Below, one piece after another: positions 62,288-64,000 of a stretch of 64,000 nucleotides of DNA. The translations under genes and the position numbers were made by a program. Source of the stretch: Burkholderiales bacterium (GTDB lineage: Bacteria > Pseudomonadota > Gammaproteobacteria > Burkholderiales > WYBJ01); assembly GCA_022841915.1 (NCBI GenBank), contig JALHQN010000002.1, positions 338,724-402,723 of the forward strand. The letters run 5' to 3'. Under the pieces are notes generated by a model. It was not told where the DNA came from and searched no databases. It was given only the letters and a program-made list of their open reading frames with translations. Position 1 is the first letter of the stretch, and each line of letters opens with the position of its first letter.

Positions 62288-63436
62288 ATGCAAGCGATAG
62301 ACACGGCAAGCGCGCGCGCCGACGACCGGCGGATGCTGGCTGAGAGCGTGGCTGATTTTGCGCGCCGAGCCACCGACGTGGCACGAGTGCGCAAGTGGCG
62401 CGGCACCGAACCCGGATTCGATCGCGGCTTGTGGCGCGAGATGGCCGGGATGGGATGGACGGGGCTGCTCGTTCCCGAGCGATGCGGTGGCATGGCGCTC
62501 GGCTTCGCCGAGATGGCGGAGGTGAGCCGCGGTTTGGCCAAGACGCTCACGCCCGAACCGCTGTTGACCTGCGCCGTGCTGGCGGCGCGCACGCTGGTGC
62601 ATTGTCAGAACGACGCCCTCGGCGCCGAGCTTCTCGCCGGCATCGCGAAGGGCGAGACGATCGCGGCAGTGGCCTGGCAGGAGCGAGCGGGCGATCTGGG
62701 CCGCCACGGGTCGGCCACCCGGGTCGAAATCGCCGGGGGTCAGCTTACGCTGAGCGGCTCGAAGCGTTTCGTGATGGGCGCGGCCGATGCCGACGGGTAC
62801 ATCGTTTCGGCATCCGGCGGAACAGGTGGGGCGCTCGTCTGGGTGCCTGCGCAGGCGGCCGGGCTCAGCCTCGTGCTCGAACCCTTGGCCGACGGCCGCT
62901 TTACCGGGCAACTCACGTTCGATGGCGTGCGGCTGCCCGAGCAAAACCTATTGGCGCCGGGGGAAGTCGCGCAGTCGGCTCTGGATCGCGCGGTCGACGA
63001 AGCGACCGCCATGGCAAGCGCGGAGCTGCTCGGCGTGATGAGCCAGGCGCTCGAAATGACCTTGGACTACCTGCGCACCCGCGTGCAGTTCAATCGCGCC
63101 ATCGGCGGGTTTCAGGCGCTGCAGCACAGGGCGGTCGATCTGTACATCCAGGAGCAGCTCTCTTCGGTGGTCTTGAACGACGCGATCGCCGCGCTCGACG
63201 AGCGCCCGACCGAACCGGCCACGTCGGCCGCCGTCAGTCGGGCGAAGGCGCGTTGTTCCGATGCGGCCTCGCTCATTACCCGTCAGGCGATCCAGATGCA
63301 CGGGGCGATCGGTTTTACCGAGGACAGCGATGTCGGCTTGTATGTGAAGCGCGCGCTGATCTTGTCCGCCTGGCTGGGCAACAGCGCGTATCACCGCCGT
63401 CGTTTCTTGCGGCTGGCCCCCGCCGATGCCGAATAA
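62288..63436 (+). CDS. acyl-CoA dehydrogenase family protein (possible non-catalytic partner subunit)
   Basis: 382 aa with an ACAD fold (FQALQHRAVD..., QMHGAIGFTEDSDVGLYVKRA). GGAGGAG ribosome-binding site. The position I align to the MCAD YEGT catalytic Glu reads WLGN. Confidence 0.8.
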   Translation: MQAIDTASARADDRRMLAESVADFARRATDVARVRKWRGTEPGFDRGLWREMAGMGWTGLLVPERCGGMALGFAEMAEVSRGLAKTLTPEPLLTCAVLAARTLVHCQNDALGAELLAGIAKGETIAAVAWQERAGDLGRHGSATRVEIAGGQLTLSGSKRFVMGAADADGYIVSASGGTGGALVWVPAQAAGLSLVLEPLADGRFTGQLTFDGVRLPEQNLLAPGEVAQSALDRAVDEATAMASAELLGVMSQALEMTLDYLRTRVQFNRAIGGFQALQHRAVDLYIQEQLSSVVLNDAIAALDERPTEPATSAAVSRAKARCSDAASLITRQAIQMHGAIGFTEDSDVGLYVKRALILSAWLGNSAYHRRRFLRLAPADAE

Positions 63437-63446
63437 GGAGCACGTC

Positions 63447-64000
63447 ATGACCGACTGGAATGCGATGTCCGACGAGGCGTTCCGCAAGGAAGTGCGAACG
63501 TTCTTCGAAGCCAACTATCCCGCTGAACTGCGCTTCCTGCCGCGGCGGCTGCGCTGGGACGAATGCAAGCCCTGGTATCAAGCACTCTACCGGCAGGGCT
63601 GGATCGCGCCGGCGTGGCCCCGAGAACAAGGCGGGATGGGATTGTCGCCGGCCAAGCAGATCATCATGCTGGAGGAGACCGAACGCTGCGGCATCGGTCG
63701 CATGCCCGATCAGGGCATCACGCAAGTGGGCCCGACCATCATGCGCTACGGCACCGAGGCGCAGAAGGCGAAGTATCTGCGGCCGATCCTGACCGGGGAG
63801 AACATCTGGTGTCAGGGCTATTCGGAGCCCAACGCCGGATCGGATCTCGCCAGTCTGCAGACCACTGCGGTGCGCGAGGGCGACGAGTGGGTGATCAACG
63901 GCTCCAAGATCTGGACCTCCATGTCGATGGATGCTTCGCACATGTATGTGCTCGTGCGAACCGACCGCAACGCCGCCAAGAAGCAGGAGGGGATCAGCTT
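63447..64000 (+). CDS. acyl-CoA dehydrogenase, 3'-truncated by window edge
   Basis: Not in the ORF track because there is no stop in the window. ATG 63447 has AAGGAG 6 nt upstream. The translation MTDWNAMSDEAFRKEVRTFFE...WCQGYSEPNAGSDLASL...INGSKIWTS is a typical ACAD N-terminal/middle domain. Confidence 0.85.
   Translation, partial: MTDWNAMSDEAFRKEVRTFFEANYPAELRFLPRRLRWDECKPWYQALYRQGWIAPAWPREQGGMGLSPAKQIIMLEETERCGIGRMPDQGITQVGPTIMRYGTEAQKAKYLRPILTGENIWCQGYSEPNAGSDLASLQTTAVREGDEWVINGSKIWTSMSMDASHMYVLVRTDRNAAKKQEGIS

Noticed and set aside
1-64000. Searched the translations and sequence for mobile-element or defence hallmarks: transposase, integrase, recombinase, phage genes, CRISPR repeats, restriction-modification, toxin-antitoxin pairs, tRNA/rRNA
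   Set aside because: I could recognise none. The only hint of foreign origin is the lower-GC block at about 46.9-52.5 kb, which is reported as a finding.

Overview
High-GC (roughly 65%), gene-dense chromosomal segment. It looks like a Burkholderiales-type betaproteobacterium: hemA-prfA-prmC-grxD block, an orphan Bug/TctC receptor, and repeated family-III CoA-transferase modules. I support 59 protein-coding genes (first and last truncated by the window edges), one strong bidirectional terminator and a few candidate regulatory sites. I see no rRNA, tRNA, CRISPR array, transposase, integrase or phage gene. Many ORF-track entries are N-terminally over-extended or are antisense or off-frame shadow ORFs typical of high-GC DNA, so I re-set starts by residue counting from the track. 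Layout: (i) 0-8.3 kb holds an SDR, a TauD-family dioxygenase, an HDOD protein, a YdiJ-like FAD/Fe-S dehydrogenase coupled to a TauE/SafE exporter, a Bug receptor and a tandem alpha+beta-barrel protein. (ii) 8.3-12 kb holds housekeeping grxD/prmC/prfA/hemA. (iii) 12-21.8 kb holds divergent organic-acid/CoA operons (PrpB-like lyase, 2-hydroxyacid DH, C-N hydrolase, crotonase, glk versus MmgE/PrpD, CoA-transferase, CitE-like lyase). (iv) 22.9-37.6 kb holds a LysR regulator coupled to an atypical SDR, divergent from a 10-gene operon. That operon encodes phosphonoacetate hydrolase, Zn-ADH, aldehyde DH, a peptide-type ABC importer, a PMH-like sulfatase-fold enzyme and PhoD. (v) 37.6-46.7 kb holds thioesterases, DUF1178, a methyltransferase, a CoA-transferase/DASS/thioesterase operon, MFS, alpha/beta hydrolase, RidA and GST. 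(vi) 46.9-52.5 kb is a lower-GC stretch with a class D beta-lactamase and a GldA/F/G-like ABC plus DUF4340 operon. (vii) 52.8-58.4 kb holds a 3-hydroxyacyl-CoA DH and a tightly overlapping ligase/VOC/VOC/MDR/PaaI operon. (viii) 58.8-64 kb holds LemA, an 872-aa M48 peptidase fusion and a pair of acyl-CoA dehydrogenases. My best candidates for an undescribed system, in order: the phosphonate/phosphoester operon lacking PhnW, the LemA/M48/TerB-like/DUF6498-like module, the ligase-VOC-VOC operon, and the Gld-like ABC/DUF4340 operon. All functional calls rest on motifs I can read in the translations plus recalled family knowledge. No database search was run.
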